Source of the DNA: Entomortierella parvispora E1425
Taxonomy: Eukaryota > Fungi > Mortierellomycota
Direction: 5' to 3'
DNA length: 64,000 bases
Assembly (NCBI GenBank): GCA_020891255.1
Contig: BQFW01000001.1
Coordinates: forward strand, 620,001-684,000
Both the position numbers and the translations under genes were made by a program. Shown here piece after piece: positions 1 through 13,554 of this stretch. The notes under the pieces are model-generated. The model was not told the DNA's origin, did no database searches, and saw only the letters and a list, made by a program, of their open reading frames with translations. Each line of letters starts with the position of its first letter. The first letter of the stretch is position 1.

Positions 1-3000
1 AGAGTGGCTTCGATCGTACGCCAGAGCTTCATCCGTGACACAAATGGCCCCACTGGCCACAGCTGACGCCACGTTGTCAAACTCGGACATATTGTGGCAC
101 TTCATGGTCAATCGAATCTGCTTTCTCAATTCCAAGTTGGGCGACAAGACCAAGATCCGCTTGTCTCGAACAGCCTCTGCACGCGCATTCAGGATTCGTC
201 CACATTCAGCAAGTCGAGCCGACTCGATGGGGGATTGCTCCTGATCATATTCGGTGGGAGTCCTGACCTTGGCCGAGAATTTGAAGGTTGCGCCTTGACC
301 CTTTTCCGATTCGACTTCAATCTTGCCATGCATGTGGGCAATCAACTGAGCGCAAATTGAAAGTCCCAATCCTGTACCTCCATATTTGCGGGTAGTGCCG
401 TTGTCGGTTTGTTGGAACGAGACAAAGAGCATCTTTTGCTCTTCTGGCGAGAGACCAATGCCTTGGTCCTTGACAGAACAGTAAATAATAACCTCGTCAC
501 CAATCGTTGGATCGTCCTCAGTCTTGTTCGCAAGAAGAGAGGCTACTGGAGCTCCGGCATAACTGCCGATAGCGTCAGTGCCGCTTGAGGACAACGGCTT
601 CAGAATGCTCTTGGACGAAGGTGAAGACGCTCCTGAGATGGACAGAGGTCCCTTCTTTTTCTCCTTCTTGTTCAGAGTATGCGAGAACTCAATGACAACG
701 TTTCCACGGGTCGAGAACTTGATAGCGTTTCCAATCAGGTTCATCAAGATCTGCTTCATTCGATCGGGATCTCCAATGACTATCAATGGCATAGTGTTGT
801 CCAAAAGGATAATCAGCTCCAAGCCCTTCCTGGATGCCAAGGGGACAAGCAGATCGCAGACATCCCCCAGGATCTCCTCAAAGCACATGGGGATGTATTC
901 CAGCGTGACTTTGTCAGCCTCCAGCTTGCTGAAATTCAGCAGGTCGTCCACGATACGGATCAACATTTCACAGGAGGCCTTGGCCATGTCCACAAACTCG
1001 AACTGTTCGTTCGAAAGACCACTAGAGTCTCTCAGCAACGACAACATGCCCAAGATGCCCGAGAAGGGCGTTCGGAGCTCGTGGGACATGTTGGCCAGGA
1101 AGTTTGATTTCAATTGAACGGCTCGTCGTTGATCGTCGATATCGATTGTCACTGTGAGCCACTGAATGATCTTGTTCTGCTCCGAGGGAGAGGTAATAGG
1201 CAACATCCTCACGATCGCCCATCGGTATGTTCCGTCCTTGAGTCTGTAGCGGCTCTCCCATTGGCAGGGAACACCGGCCTGAACACGGTCTTTCCAGTGC
1301 TGGACGTAGATGGCAACCTCATCCTCATGAGTCAAGATGCTCCAGCCAGAGTCCATGATCTCTTCCAAACTATAGCCGGTCATGTCTTTCCAGCTCGAAT
1401 TTATATATTGGCAGTGCTCTGCCGTGGCATCCCAGAGAGCAATACCACAGGGCATATTCTCCAATAATCCGTTCAGCTTGGTTTCGGACTGCAACACAGA
1501 CTGGTATAATAGAGCGTTGGTAATGGAGATTCCGAGCTGTTGGACCAAGAGGTTCATGACCAACATTCTCTTGTTCGCGAACGCTCGCTCAGGAAAGTCT
1601 TCCATGTAGAGAACACCGACCATGGCTGCCTTGTGGAGAATAGGCGCACAGAGAACCGTTCGAAGGTCTGTCCGTTGCTTCAGATAGTCGTCCGCACAGA
1701 ATCGAGGGTCGTCCTTGGCGTTGATGAGCAAACAGGGGGCCGAGGTGTTGATCACATAGTTAATGACACCATGGAACAATGAGCTGCACTTGTGTACTTC
1801 CATCGGAGGGATCACAGATTCACAGCGTCCCAAGTCTCCTTGTGAAGCTGCAAGAACCAGTTCCTGATCCTTGGAAATGATGACACAGCATCTCTTGGCA
1901 CCAACACTTTGATTCAGTACACCAAGAGACTTGACTAGTAGTAGATCTAGATCGATCTCACTGGCAATGACCTGCATGGCCTCGATGACAGAGGAGAAAT
2001 CAAGGACATCCAGATCCGCATTATCCATTTCCGGAGACTGGGGAGATGAGGCCCAACTTTGTTGCAATGTGTACACAGGAGCAGCTCCTGATCCTGACAC
2101 AGACCCTGCATTGGATCCTACGCCACCTTGGTGATTTGTTGCCATGTGCGACTCTGCGATGGCAGTCGCCGCCGCTGAAACAGCATCGTTTCCGAAGCTT
2201 CCTGGACTGTAAATGGTTCTCGGACTACCTCCCATCCATGGAGATCCACTGCTAGCTGAGGAGGCAGAACTATCTCCAACAATGGTACTAGACGCCACGG
2301 TTGCGCCAGAAGCCAGCGGGTTACTAGAAGCGTAGCGGTGGTGATGATCTGAGCTCGATCCCGTAGCAGTAGGGGCAGCGTGAGTCGAGTGGACGGTGTC
2401 ATTAGGTCTATAAAATAGTCCTCGGGCTTGTGGAGCAGGCTCAAGGTCTGGTGGAGATCCAAACATTTCGGGATAAGTCCGGTGGAACCAAATGACCTTT
2501 CCACGAGCACCCCAGTTCTGGTATCCCTTGCAGGCGTTCACCAACAGACAGCGGGCACTCGTCACCAGACCATGGCGGAGATGGCAATTGGCCGCCAACT
2601 CGTACGAGAAACATTTCTGCAAAGGAAAGTCGCCTTCGGTTGCATACCGAATCGCCTTTTCGTACAGCAAAAAAATTTGCTTCATATCCTTGCGCGGTCT
2701 TCGAGAACCCTGGCTTGGCTCATCACCGTCTTCGTCCTCCTCCTGATCAGCGATCTCAGCTTCCAAGAGGTGAAACATGGCTGCATGGTTGGTCGGGTAC
2801 TTCATTGCACGCTTCTCCATTCGATCCCGAATCATGAGCAATCGATTCTGCAGTTTCTTCCTGGTCTCCGGGTCTTTCTCAGTCCTGAGCAAGTTCACCA
2901 AGGACAAGCCCACGACGGTAAAGATCGAGTAAGAAATCCAAGATCCTTCAAAGTTCATCATGGATTTCGGATCCAACAACCATGTCGTGGTCACCTCTTC

Positions 3001-6000
3001 CACATAAGAATAGTGGCCAAAGATGAACGCGGCCACGATCTTAAGCATGGCATAGGTGCTGTTGTTGTGGACCATGGCCAGGGCTTTGTCCTTTTTGCCC
3101 TGCACGACCTTCGATTCCGAATAGTCGTGGTCGTCAAAAAGAGTCTCTGGGTTGGCAAATTGGGTTTGTCCTTTGAGGCACTTGACCAACTGTAGGATTC
3201 CCTGCATGACTTCGACTCCGTGTGACTTTGGTCCAAACTCGATGTGCTTCATCACCAGATCCTGAGTCGATGCCATGCAATCTCGAAGATGAACTCGTCC
3301 GAGAAGAATTCTCATTACAGAAACATGAATCATTCCTGCAGTGTGGAACAGCCGGTCGCAAGTCATATCTGCAGCTGCAAGAGTCTCCTCCAGGGCTGGG
3401 ATCGAGTTGGCAATATGATCGCCCCATTGCTGGACAGTCAAGTAGAACAGAAATTTGACGTGCTGGTTATCCTTGCAGACGCGGCAAGCCAATCTAAAGG
3501 AGGAGAGTTTTACGTAAATTCTCCACGATTCTAGTAAAAAAAAGTGAACTACGAATCCATAGCAGCTGAATGAACTTACTTTCCAACTTCGTAAGCGTTT
3601 TCCAAGCATCCGTGCCAGGTTGCATGCGTCAATGCAAACGACACCAAAGCTCGGCCCGCATCCTTGGTCATTCCATGGTGACACAACATCTTGATAGACT
3701 GAGCCACTCCCATGGCAATGAAGGGCACATTGCAGTAGTAAAGACTTGCACTATTCGCAGAAATAGATGAATAAGTAAATTGAAAAAAAAAAAAAAAAAC
3801 AATTTGTTGACGGAGTATGATCATGAAAACAACTTACTTGGCAACGGAGAGCACCTCCAACATCATGATGATTTTAGGATCCTCGCAGACTTTCCAGTCC
3901 TCAGAGTCCATCTCCCCCATATGAGCCAGGAGCAGTAAGTGTGTTTCGTCGTAAATCTGGCGGATCTGTTCCTGAGTGGGATCAAACTGGAGGTCTTCGG
4001 GCATCCCTAGCTCTTGAAGACATCGGACGGTCAATTCTGTAGCCTGTACAGGCTGACCATAAGCCCAGACTAGCATCTCGATCTTGTGCTGGTAGACCTT
4101 GGCTCTGTCTACAGGATCCAAAACTTTAGATAGGACTGTATCACAAATCCCCATTGCCTTCTCAAAGTTTTCGCGCCAACGTTCCGCCTCAATGCATTGG
4201 AGATGCAACTTCAGCGCCTCACGGTAAAGAGGCGGTGGCTCGGGCCGATGATCCTCTTGTTCAGCGTCAGAACTGAGGCCTGGTTCCTGGACACGACTTT
4301 CAGATGCCATCTCAACATCGTCGCTGGATTCTTTCATCTCGACATCATCTGACATATACGTCTGGCCATCCCAGCAGTTTTCTGGAAGCAGTGATAGAGC
4401 CGCGTTCCAGTAAGAGAGTGCCATATCCTGAGCACCGCTCTTTTGCGACTTTTCTCCTGCCAGCGAAAGGATGTTCCGGACAGTCTGAGTTGTCAGATCT
4501 GGGACCGACTTTTCGTCATCCTCGTTCAAAATGGGGACCCAGAAGGGCTGCTCTTCAGAAACGTTGAGATCGGGGCTGCTGATGTGTGTCGCCTTGCGCT
4601 TCACAAGATCGATACATAACAGGAGATGACTCGCAGTCCTAAACTCTTGTCCTTGGACACGGGAGAGGATCTTTGCCATCTCATAATGAAGTCGCTCCTT
4701 TTCGGGTGTACCCTCCAATAAACTGAGAGAGACTTTGCGCATGATACCATGGTGGAACCGCAACAGGCCCGGAATTGAAGTGTACACAATGATGCCTTCG
4801 CGAAGCGCGGCTTGAAGTCCTGCCATAGCACTGCTTCCCTTATTTGTGTCACAAGAATTGACGACAGGTTCTGGGTTCTCTTCCAGCAGCCTTTGTTGTT
4901 TCTGCAGTTCATCCACCCCACCTGCATCCTGCTCAGTTGAATCCTGGTCCTGCGACGATTGCTGTTTCTGCTCTGCCTGTCGTTGCTTCCTCTGTCGCTC
5001 TAGATACTCCTGCTGCTTTTGATACTGAAGCTTCTCGTGGTTGGTTGTAGGACTGTGTCCGTTTCCAAACCAAACATACGCCGTTGAGGCCAACCGCTGC
5101 AGGTCATGGATGGAAAACGCAGAACCACAAATAGACGCGCAGATCAATATCTTTTTTGTGTCGCAATCCAGGTCCTTGAATCGATTCAGCAAGAATGCAT
5201 ACTCTTCTCCAGTGAGCTTTCGTACTACTTCCGCCAGTGTCTCTTGACAAGGTTCCCATTCCCATTCGCGGCTGTGGCAATTGAAGTGGATCGTCTGGTT
5301 CCTGTAGAGCTCCAAGACCAGTTGTCGAATCGCGAGCCATGACTTTGGATAGAGCACCCTAGCCAGAGGCTCGACGTCAGCCTTCTCACGATGTAAGAGA
5401 ACGCTTAGAAACTCCTGAATGGTTTCCAAACCGGGGTTCTGAAGTCGAATGAATCGAACGCCCCCGCCTCCGCGAACTACCATAGGCAAACCAGTTGCCC
5501 GAATAGCAGTCGTTTTGGTCATGGGCGCTCCAGCGCCGCCGCCCGCTCCACCCCCTTTACCGCTTTGGCCACTTGCACCGACCATGCTTGATATGCCTTC
5601 GACCATAGGATCCGGATGAATACTTCCAGTGGCGTTGCTTCCTGATGGGCTACTTCCTCCAAGAATCTGTTTGACCTTCATCAAGCAATCGACTGTATCC
5701 CGATGCGTCATGATCAACACGATGGGCAGCCTTTTGTTCACATTCACCAGAGTTGAGAGCAAGGCAATGGAGTTTTCGTCCGCATAGTGTAAATCGTCGA
5801 TAAGCCAAGTCATGAAAAAATGGGTCGAAATCACGCGGATGAGCTTTAGGATCAGGGCATGGAATCGCGCCACAGAATGTGTCAAAGGTATATCCTTGCT
5901 CTCTGGCATGTCGGATCCATTGAAAAAGTACTTGAGCTCTGGAATCAAATCGCAAACAATTCCAATACCAGAGTGTGGCTCAAAGGCGGTACGGACGGCA

Positions 6001-9000
6001 ACCACCAGGGAGGCGAGGGCGTCCGTGTGCTGAGTGAGCAATTGTTGGAGCACACTCTGGATGCAAGTCAAGATGGCAGAGTAAGGTGCAGACCCTTCCG
6101 CCTCAAAGACGCCTCCCGCAAACAATCCAGAGTTCCGTGCAGCTGTGCCCATGCCTCGAATGAGGATCGTTCTGTCAAAAACAGCAACATATCGAAAAGT
6201 TAAAATAAGGCCAAACTTTAAAAAAGATTGGTGACGCAAACAACGAACAACAGCACTTACTTCCCCACCCCAGATGGGCCGCTGACAAAGATGGCGCGTA
6301 CAACTGGGTCTGCAATCTCTGTTCCCCGTTGGGTTGACCTCCCTCCGTCAAATGGCTTTGGGGTTCGGAGCAATGTTTTGGACGACAATGAGATCTTGGC
6401 GTTGGCCTTGTTTGGGAGGGATACAATGTCGTCTTCAAAATGATAGTGGTCCGAGTTGTTGATTGCCGAAATCTTATTCGCCTCCAACTCGGCCTCATCT
6501 TCAGTTCCGCTGTCGTTCATGTCATGACCGCCTGTTTGTTGGTATGCGCTGGCTGCTTGGGTGATGGCGGCAGAAATCATCTGTTGCTCCACGTGTCGTC
6601 CGAATACAGCATTCGGGAGCACAAATTGATACGATACATCGTGCTTCCCTAGAGGAAACATCTCGATCTAGACCAAGATACAGAAGGTTAGCAAATAAAT
6701 ACCAAATAAATACCAAATAAAAAAAAAGATTGACCAATGAATGTACTGTAAACAACTTACCGTTCCAGTTCGATGCAGCTCATTGAGACATCGCAGAATA
6801 TCCTGTTTAAACCCGAATGCATTTTGATACCTTTGCATAGGTTGCTAATTCATATTCAGCGTATAATATTTCCTTAATTGAAGTCCTTGTCGCTATGATA
6901 TCGATCGAATTAAATGTTCATAGTAACGCCTATACTTCTGTGCCCTTACCTTTTGCGTCATCTTTCTGAGAATGGAATCAATAACAGGCGGCAAGTCTGG
7001 ACGGAATCTCTGGAGGGGTGGGAGCTCTCTTGACAGTACACCTATGAAATTTTGATGGATCATGCATCCAGACGTCAGGGTCGACCATGGCTCACAAGAA
7101 ATGCTTTTTTTCCGATTATTTGAGAGCAATTTTCGCTCCTTTTTTTTTTTTTTTTTTTTGCCAAATGGTTCGTTCTTTGTCCTACCTTGAAGAATCTGAA
7201 CACTGTCGTTACCCCTGTTTGGGAATTGAAGCGTCAAGAGCGAAAACAAGGTCGCACCAAGGGCGTAGATATCCGTCCGGTGGTCCATCCAGGTCTCGGC
7301 CCTTCCTGTCTGTTCGGGTGCCAAGTAGTGGAGATGGAACTCAAGATACCCTGGAACTTGCCACTCGGCAATGTTGTTGGGTGCCCTGGCTCGTTCATGG
7401 CTCAAGATCTTTGAGTGCGTAAAGTCGAAAAGTCGGAGTCGAGTCTTGTTGACGTCCATGGTTCCTGTGTGACTGTTGGCACTATCGCTTTCGACCGTTG
7501 CAGATGACTGCTGCTCTGTGAAACCTGCTGCTCCATCTGAGGCCAGAGGTACTTCGTCGTCGTATAAGGAGCATGTATTCTTGGCCCGCTCAGTATGACC
7601 CTCATCCATTTCCGAATTCCGAAACGCAGTCGTCAGCGCTGGCGGTTCCCAATGCAATGCTGTCGGACATATCGCAAGATGGGCAAGGTTGGCTCGTTGA
7701 AGGGCTTCAAGAACAGAGGCCGCTTTGAGGCAAAAGACCAGAAATGTAAAAGCATCAGGGAATGGCGTATCAAGGTATCGCCTGAAAGCAGGGCTTGGTT
7801 TTCGGCGTCCATCCGTCTCCTCCAGACCCTGGAACTGATGGTGAAGAGGTGAAAGCAAATTGGGTCCCAGTTGCTGCATGATGAGGATTGAATTGCTGTC
7901 CTGGTCTAAATCCGTAAACTCTTCGACCTTCCTGTTAAGGTACTTTTCGGTCTCGACCATTCCCGTCTCATAAACAGTAGATTTAACTCCTGGAGCGCTG
8001 CTGCAATGAGATGATTTTTTGCCCTTTTCATTTTGTCCGGTATCGAGCTCATGGGCAACACTTGGTGGCGACGTCTCTTGTGGATGGTATTCGACATCCA
8101 TAATAGTCAAACGCTTCAAGATGCGATGTTCATGCTGCAGTAGAACCCTTGACTGGTGCAACTTGCCCGTGACAACAACGCCATCAGCGATCCGGGTGCC
8201 TAGCATCAATCCCATGTTCCCAGCCTGCGACCCACTCTTGAATTCATATCCAGATACTTGAGGCGGTACAAACGCACAGCTGTTAGTATGCGAGGGAGGC
8301 CGGTATGGATTAACAAAGTCAGAGTCTGATGGAGTGTTTTGATGCTGTTGTTGCTGTTGTTGTTGCTGTTGTTGTTGCTGCTGTTGTGATTGTTGACTTT
8401 GAGTAGCATGAACATGAAAAGATCCGCCTCTGCCAAACTTTGAGTTGACAGTTGTAGAAGAAGGTCGCTGATGGACCATCCGTGGTCCATGAGGGTCCGA
8501 GTTGGGTCGTTTGGAAAGGGTTGATCCATTGGACAACGTGGACGCGCCAGGGATGATCTGGCCTGTAACAATAGGACCAAGCGGTGTCACATTGGGAAGC
8601 ACGGTTGTTATTACGGGGACTGGGACTGGACCAGAGGATGGGCCAGAAGGAGAAGGAACGCTTGGACTGACTGGAGTTGCAGAAGAAGGGGTGGCCGTTG
8701 CGGTTGATGTGATGGCAGATGGTTGGTGATAGGGGCGATGATACCAGTGGGCATCGCTGCGGGCTCGAGTGTCTGCAGCCGTTGGGGGAGTGACTCGATC
8801 CAGCTTTGGCGCGGCCGAGGAAGAGGAGGGGAAGGCGGAGGAGAGAGGGAGGGTCATGGTCTTGTTTTTGGCGATGGGCAATCCCGTGGGGGGTTGAGGC
8901 GCCAGCGAGGATATTGAGGAGGAAGAGGAGTGTGGAGCAGCAAAGGTGGAAGAGGACGGTGGGAGAATGGGCATTCCTGGGATAGGCGAGTGGTGCACCT

Positions 9001-9118
9001 CGCGATAGGGTGGTGGAGCCTGCTTGAGGATCGAGGCCAAGGAACCATGGCCTAGGCGGGCCTTGTCCTGCGACTGGTGGTGGTTCTGGTGGTGGTTCTG
9101 GTGGTGATGGGGATTCAT
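1..9118 (-). CDS. Group X-type hybrid histidine kinase (Ser/Thr kinase-like + AAA ATPase + GAF + PAS/PAC + HisKA + HATPase_c); 3' end (expected receiver domain) lies beyond the left edge
   Basis: Spliced ORF. Inferred exons: 9118-7186, 7041-6950, 6844-6761, 6667-6261, 6171-3838, 3750-3580, 3493-<1, all GT-AG with frame maintained. Motifs: YLAPEQTGR...DIYALGAT (kinase VIII-IX), P-loop GPSGVGKT split across an intron, Walker-B-like IDDLHYAD, H-box FLANMSHELRTP (His codon 1081-1083), N-box QILMNLIGNAIKF, G-boxes DQGIG and YGGTGLGLSI. The listed ORF start at 9295 is TTG; the first ATG is 9118. Confidence 0.93.
8343..8395 (-). repeat. CAG/CAA trinucleotide tract encoding polyQ in the kinase N-terminus
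   Basis: (GTT/GCT)n on the + strand; QQSQQQQQQQQQQQQQQH in the ORF. Confidence 0.9.
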
Positions 9119-9439
9119 CGTGATCCAGTGGTCGTTGACTGGAGGGGTTGGACGCAATAATGGGCTGATGAACAGGGCCGAGACCGCGGTCTTTTTCGGG
9201 AGGGATGCAAAGGAGGCAGCGATTGGAGGGATGCAGTGGTGGTTGGTTGGTTCCCTTTTGCGGATGGGATCAATGGATGTGCAGTGCAGAGGCAAAAGGG
9301 CTGTTTGTTGTGATGACCAGAGAGGGGGGCAGAGGGGGGCAGAGGGGGGAAAGAGAGAGAGGGAGAGGGAGGTGTGGTTTGATGATGAACAACAATGCCG
9401 ATGCTGATGGGTGTCGATGATGGATCAAAAGGGCTTCTT

Positions 9440-9459
9440 GGCCTCTCTTTCTTTCTCTT

Positions 9460-9490
<31 letters not shown>

Positions 9491-9505
9491 TTCTCTCTCT
9501 CTTCC
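9440..9505. repeat. (CT)n/(GA)n microsatellite upstream of the histidine kinase
   Basis: Near-pure CT dinucleotide run seen directly. Confidence 0.85.
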
Positions 9506-10036
9506 CTTTGCCGTTGTTTCCCTCTGTTGATGCCACTCGGTGTCGGTCGGTCAGTCTCAATTAATCAATTAATCAATTAATCATGGCTTCTTGGCTGGAT
9601 GTCTGGCTGGCTGCCTGTTGTTGGCTGCAGGCGCACACACATCCCTGATCACGTCTCTCGTGGTCAGTCTTCGCGTTCCGTCCATTTGTCATGCCCACCT
9701 CATCCTCATTCAAGTATCCCATTCCAACTGACCCCCATTCCCCCCCACAGCAGAAAAAGGAACCTAAAAAAAGGGTCCTCTGCTGCACCTCTGCGGTGAC
9801 AATAATGTCCCGCCCCAAATTCAAAAGAGCCGTTTTCTTTGTTGTTTGCTACCGCGTGCTTGCCTTTTCTTCTAACTCCTTTTCTCTCATACCTGTTCCT
9901 CGGGTACATGTTGCTTTATCCAGCCAACCACAGCTCGCTCTTCCCTCTGCTAGACTCGTATCCAATCCGACAGTAAGTTGTCCACGGATACATGTACCTA
10001 CTGATAATACCCTTTGAACCTTCCGATCAAGAGTTG

Positions 10037-11560
10037 CTATAGTGCTGGAAAGAAGAGGTCCCTCTTCGTACTCGCACACATGTTTTCCATAGTGTATTCA
10101 ACCAATTGGGGCTGGAGACCTACCAGATGCAAACGATGCCTGAAGTTTGAAAACAATGCAAATAAATAAAAGCGAGCGCGGACGTTCTGCTTCCCGTCTT
10201 CATGATCCCGCGGCATCCATGAGGCACGTTGTTTGGCAACGCCATCACAAGTCATGTCCGAGTACTGTTCAAACGTCAGGGTCGCGCACACCTCTGAGAC
10301 TGCTAGGTGAGATTGCTTTCGATGGCCATCAAAACAATGTGGCGGCTCCACAGGGGTCTTTTTACGCCTATCCGGAGCATGCAATGGATCCACATGGCCC
10401 TTTCCAGTCTCAACACGCTTGCGTTTTGGAGATACTGGATGACGAGTACTCGTTTCGCTGTCATACGATGAGGGATCGGATATTTCACCTCCATCCTGAT
10501 GACAAGTGCCTTCGTCCCAGTCGTTCGAGAAGTCGTCAATTGAATCATCGGTCATCCCATTGTCATCGCTGTTGCACCTGCTGCTGCCGCCCTTGTCGTC
10601 CCCTTGATCTGTGAACATGGAAGGTTTGCATGATGTCCTCTGAACACCTAGGTTGGGCTCTTCGTCACTGAACTCGTTGGTACTAATGTCAGAGAACCCT
10701 GTCAACGAACGGCGTCCTTCAGGAGATTGACAGAAAGATATTAATAACTAGAAAACTTTATGTGCATGGTAAACTCGATTCCCTCTAGTCTTTGTGCATA
10801 CTTACGTCGATGTTCAAAGGCTGTCTGACACAATTCTGCTCGAGCAATAGGGGGACTTTCATCTTGTTCCACGGTGAGACTCGCCTAGAGAATTGAAAGA
10901 AAATGTAAGAAGTTTGTATGCATCCGATACGCAAATGTGATTGTAAATGACAAAGAAAAGTACCTCAGGAGGAGGCACAATGGCCTTCAAGTATCGAACT
11001 CTATGGCGACAGTGATCCCATTGCTCCCACTGGAGATTCTCTGCATTCTGAAGCTGGAGCCAGTTGATCAAGTGCAGCTCAATGGCTAGAGCAGCGAGAA
11101 TTCCGCAGGAGCCTTCATCGAACTGCGGTGGGACTGGCAGCACCCCAACAAGGTCCTTTGCCAGGTCCCATTGCTCTCTTTGGTGCGGCAGGCAATTCTT
11201 AAGCCATTCAATGACCCCGTCGAGCGTAGTTACAGGGATATGACCTTCCATCGAATCGCCGAAGTAGACCCGACAATCTTGAAGATCAACACACAGTGCG
11301 CCCCAGTGGGTACCTCCCATATTGACGAAGCTGTAGACTCTCGTGTAAAAGCCGCGTTTCAAGTCTTCTGCCTTCCATTTCAAGTCTCCACCAAAGTCGC
11401 GCATAGTCAGCTCGTCCAAATCTCTCCCATCCGTCGATGATGTGGACAGGAACGAACAACGCGCGGCCTGCCTCACTGTTTCCGTAGTTGACTTGAAGTA
11501 AGGTGCAGCAACCCGTCATTAAGGATTCCCGCTTGGAGGTGTTGGAGGGGTACAGACGCG
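10037..11560 (-). CDS. Ulp1/SENP-like C48 cysteine peptidase with acidic C-terminal tail; 5' end frameshifted or decayed
   Basis: Catalytic motifs GTHW, YFGDS and PPQFDEGSCG in ORF 10859-11476. Frame-consistent GT-AG introns at 10885-10963 and 10717-10805 join it to ORF 10037-10705. An upstream 'HLQAGILNDG' (WLND-like motif) lies in a different frame. Confidence 0.7.
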
Positions 11561-13554
11561 TTTCTATTTATTTTGTTTCGAATGCCATGTTCCCCCGTTC
11601 TTCTCTCACTGGGTTGTGATTTTGCAGCATGGTGTTTGGGGAGGCTGCAAGTCGGTGAGGATGTGTGTGGACCAGCTTTGTCTTCTAGTCATATTCTTAT
11701 TTACGGAGTTCAAACAGCTTTCGTTTGTAGTCCTTCTGTCGTGCTCGCGGAGCAGGATAGGTCTGTTATTCTTGGCACGTCGTAGGATGACAAAGAAGGT
11801 GGTTCGGACTGGCTATGAGGGCAAAGCGAGTGCTGTAAGGCCGTGTAGCTGAGCTTTTTTTTCTCTACTTGCTTGCGGGGGCGCAGTGCCTTTGTCGTTA
11901 GTACGCTATTTGGGGTATGTTTGGGGGTCAAGATGCGCGAGTTGAGTTTCTGTCGGGGATGGACGGGAGCACTTTCTTATGTCGGGGGCGAGAATCTTGT
12001 GTTGCGCTGCCTCTCAAATCGCTCCCAGCAGTCAGCAATCCGGTCTATTCCTTTCATCTCCCCCTCCTGCTCCACCCTCCATGGATGGAGTTGTTATCAA
12101 GGCGGCTAAATCCACTCTCTATCTCATGAACAACTACTAGGCCCACCCGTACCAAAGACCTTTTGATGGCCAAAGCTGGAACAGGAAGATTTGCAGAAGA
12201 AGTCGTCAACCAAAGCCCGGGAATGCGCTCCTCGAAATCCACACCAGCACACGGCCAATGATCCTCTATCATCTCCTTTTCCCTCAGCTCGATGGCCACA
12301 AAAACCGTCAAATTGGGCGTCCCTCCGAGCACCTGATGAGTTTCGTCGCCGATCAACCTTTGAAAGGCGACCTAAATCAAAAACGTCTAAGGATTTGACT
12401 GTTCCTCAAACGGCCAACATGGCTCATTTCCACGACTCGCGGTCAAAGTTGAGAAACACGGATTTGGCTGACTAGGACTGTCCGAATGCCCTTTTCAATC
12501 ATAAAGTCTCTGAGTCCTTGAAGCAACCCACTTATCATACAACGGCCTCAGCTTTCATTGAAAGACAAAGAAGGCTGCTTGGAGGCACATTGTTATCTAG
12601 GATATTTTAGCCGCTCTTCTACTCTGATCAAAATAAACAGACCGATGGCTCGGAGATGCTCCTTCTTGACTCCAGGTTGTGCCTGCACACCAAATAAACA
12701 GGAACGCTCACCTGGCATGCACTTGGTGAGTACAAGCAATTGCTGCGAGAGTTTGTACTAAACTGCTGATAATACCGTCCTCTTGGATGCCCTCAATAGA
12801 GATTGAATCGCCTGTCCGTCAAGCAAGCAACTTCTTGAAAGTTGGAACTATGAACGTGTACAATATTTCTTTCTAACGAGCGGAAGCAATTACCGACGAC
12901 AAACAAGAGCAACAGATGACTAGGTAACAAATACGAGACACAGCCGATAAATAAGAAGGATATTTCCTTCCACAGGACGAAGGGGTAAACTTTTCCTGAA
13001 CCTAAACGTGCATATGCTCAAAAAAAAAAAAAAAAAAAAAAACGCGCGCGCCCTCTTCGGACATCCTGCCCGTGGGAGAGAGCGTCCAACAGACACTTCT
13101 TGTCCTAATATGTTGTTACTTTCACACTCCACTCTATTCGATTGATGGTATCATCGTTGTCCTTGCAACTATCGCGTTTGTTGCAAACAATTAACGTTTT
13201 GCGGTCAACACGAGGGGCCCGAAAATTGCTTTGTGTTCTGCCTTTTGGCCGTAGAAGCTTGCGAAGGATAGGGAAAGCACCCTGTGTTTTTTTTTTCTCT
13301 ACGTCTAAGCCCAAGGTCCCCCGCGAGTTTGTGTTCATCATCTGCTAGTTGCTGGTCGACCAACCAACACGAGGCCATCATGCATTCGCCGTGACACAAC
13401 GATTGTTCCCAGCATTCGTACATATCTCTGCCGAAAAGGTATTTAAGGCGAGCCATCGCTCTTCTTCCTCTGCCTCCTTGTTCACGTCCTCATCCATATC
13501 ATCCCACTCCTTCTTTCCCTATCAACAAAAAAAAAAAAAATCTCTCCTGCAACA

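Noticed and set aside
578-3534. Plus-strand ORFs of 100-255 aa
   Set aside because: They are antisense shadows of the long last visible exon of the histidine kinase.
6893-9295. Stand-alone 800-aa kinase ORF and separate 801-aa ATPase ORF (3834-6239)
   Set aside because: Both are exons of the single hybrid histidine kinase; their ORF-track ends run into introns.
12480-12930. Spliced gene remnant on the + strand
   Set aside because: Splice-like signals are present, but all frames have multiple stops and no recognisable motif.
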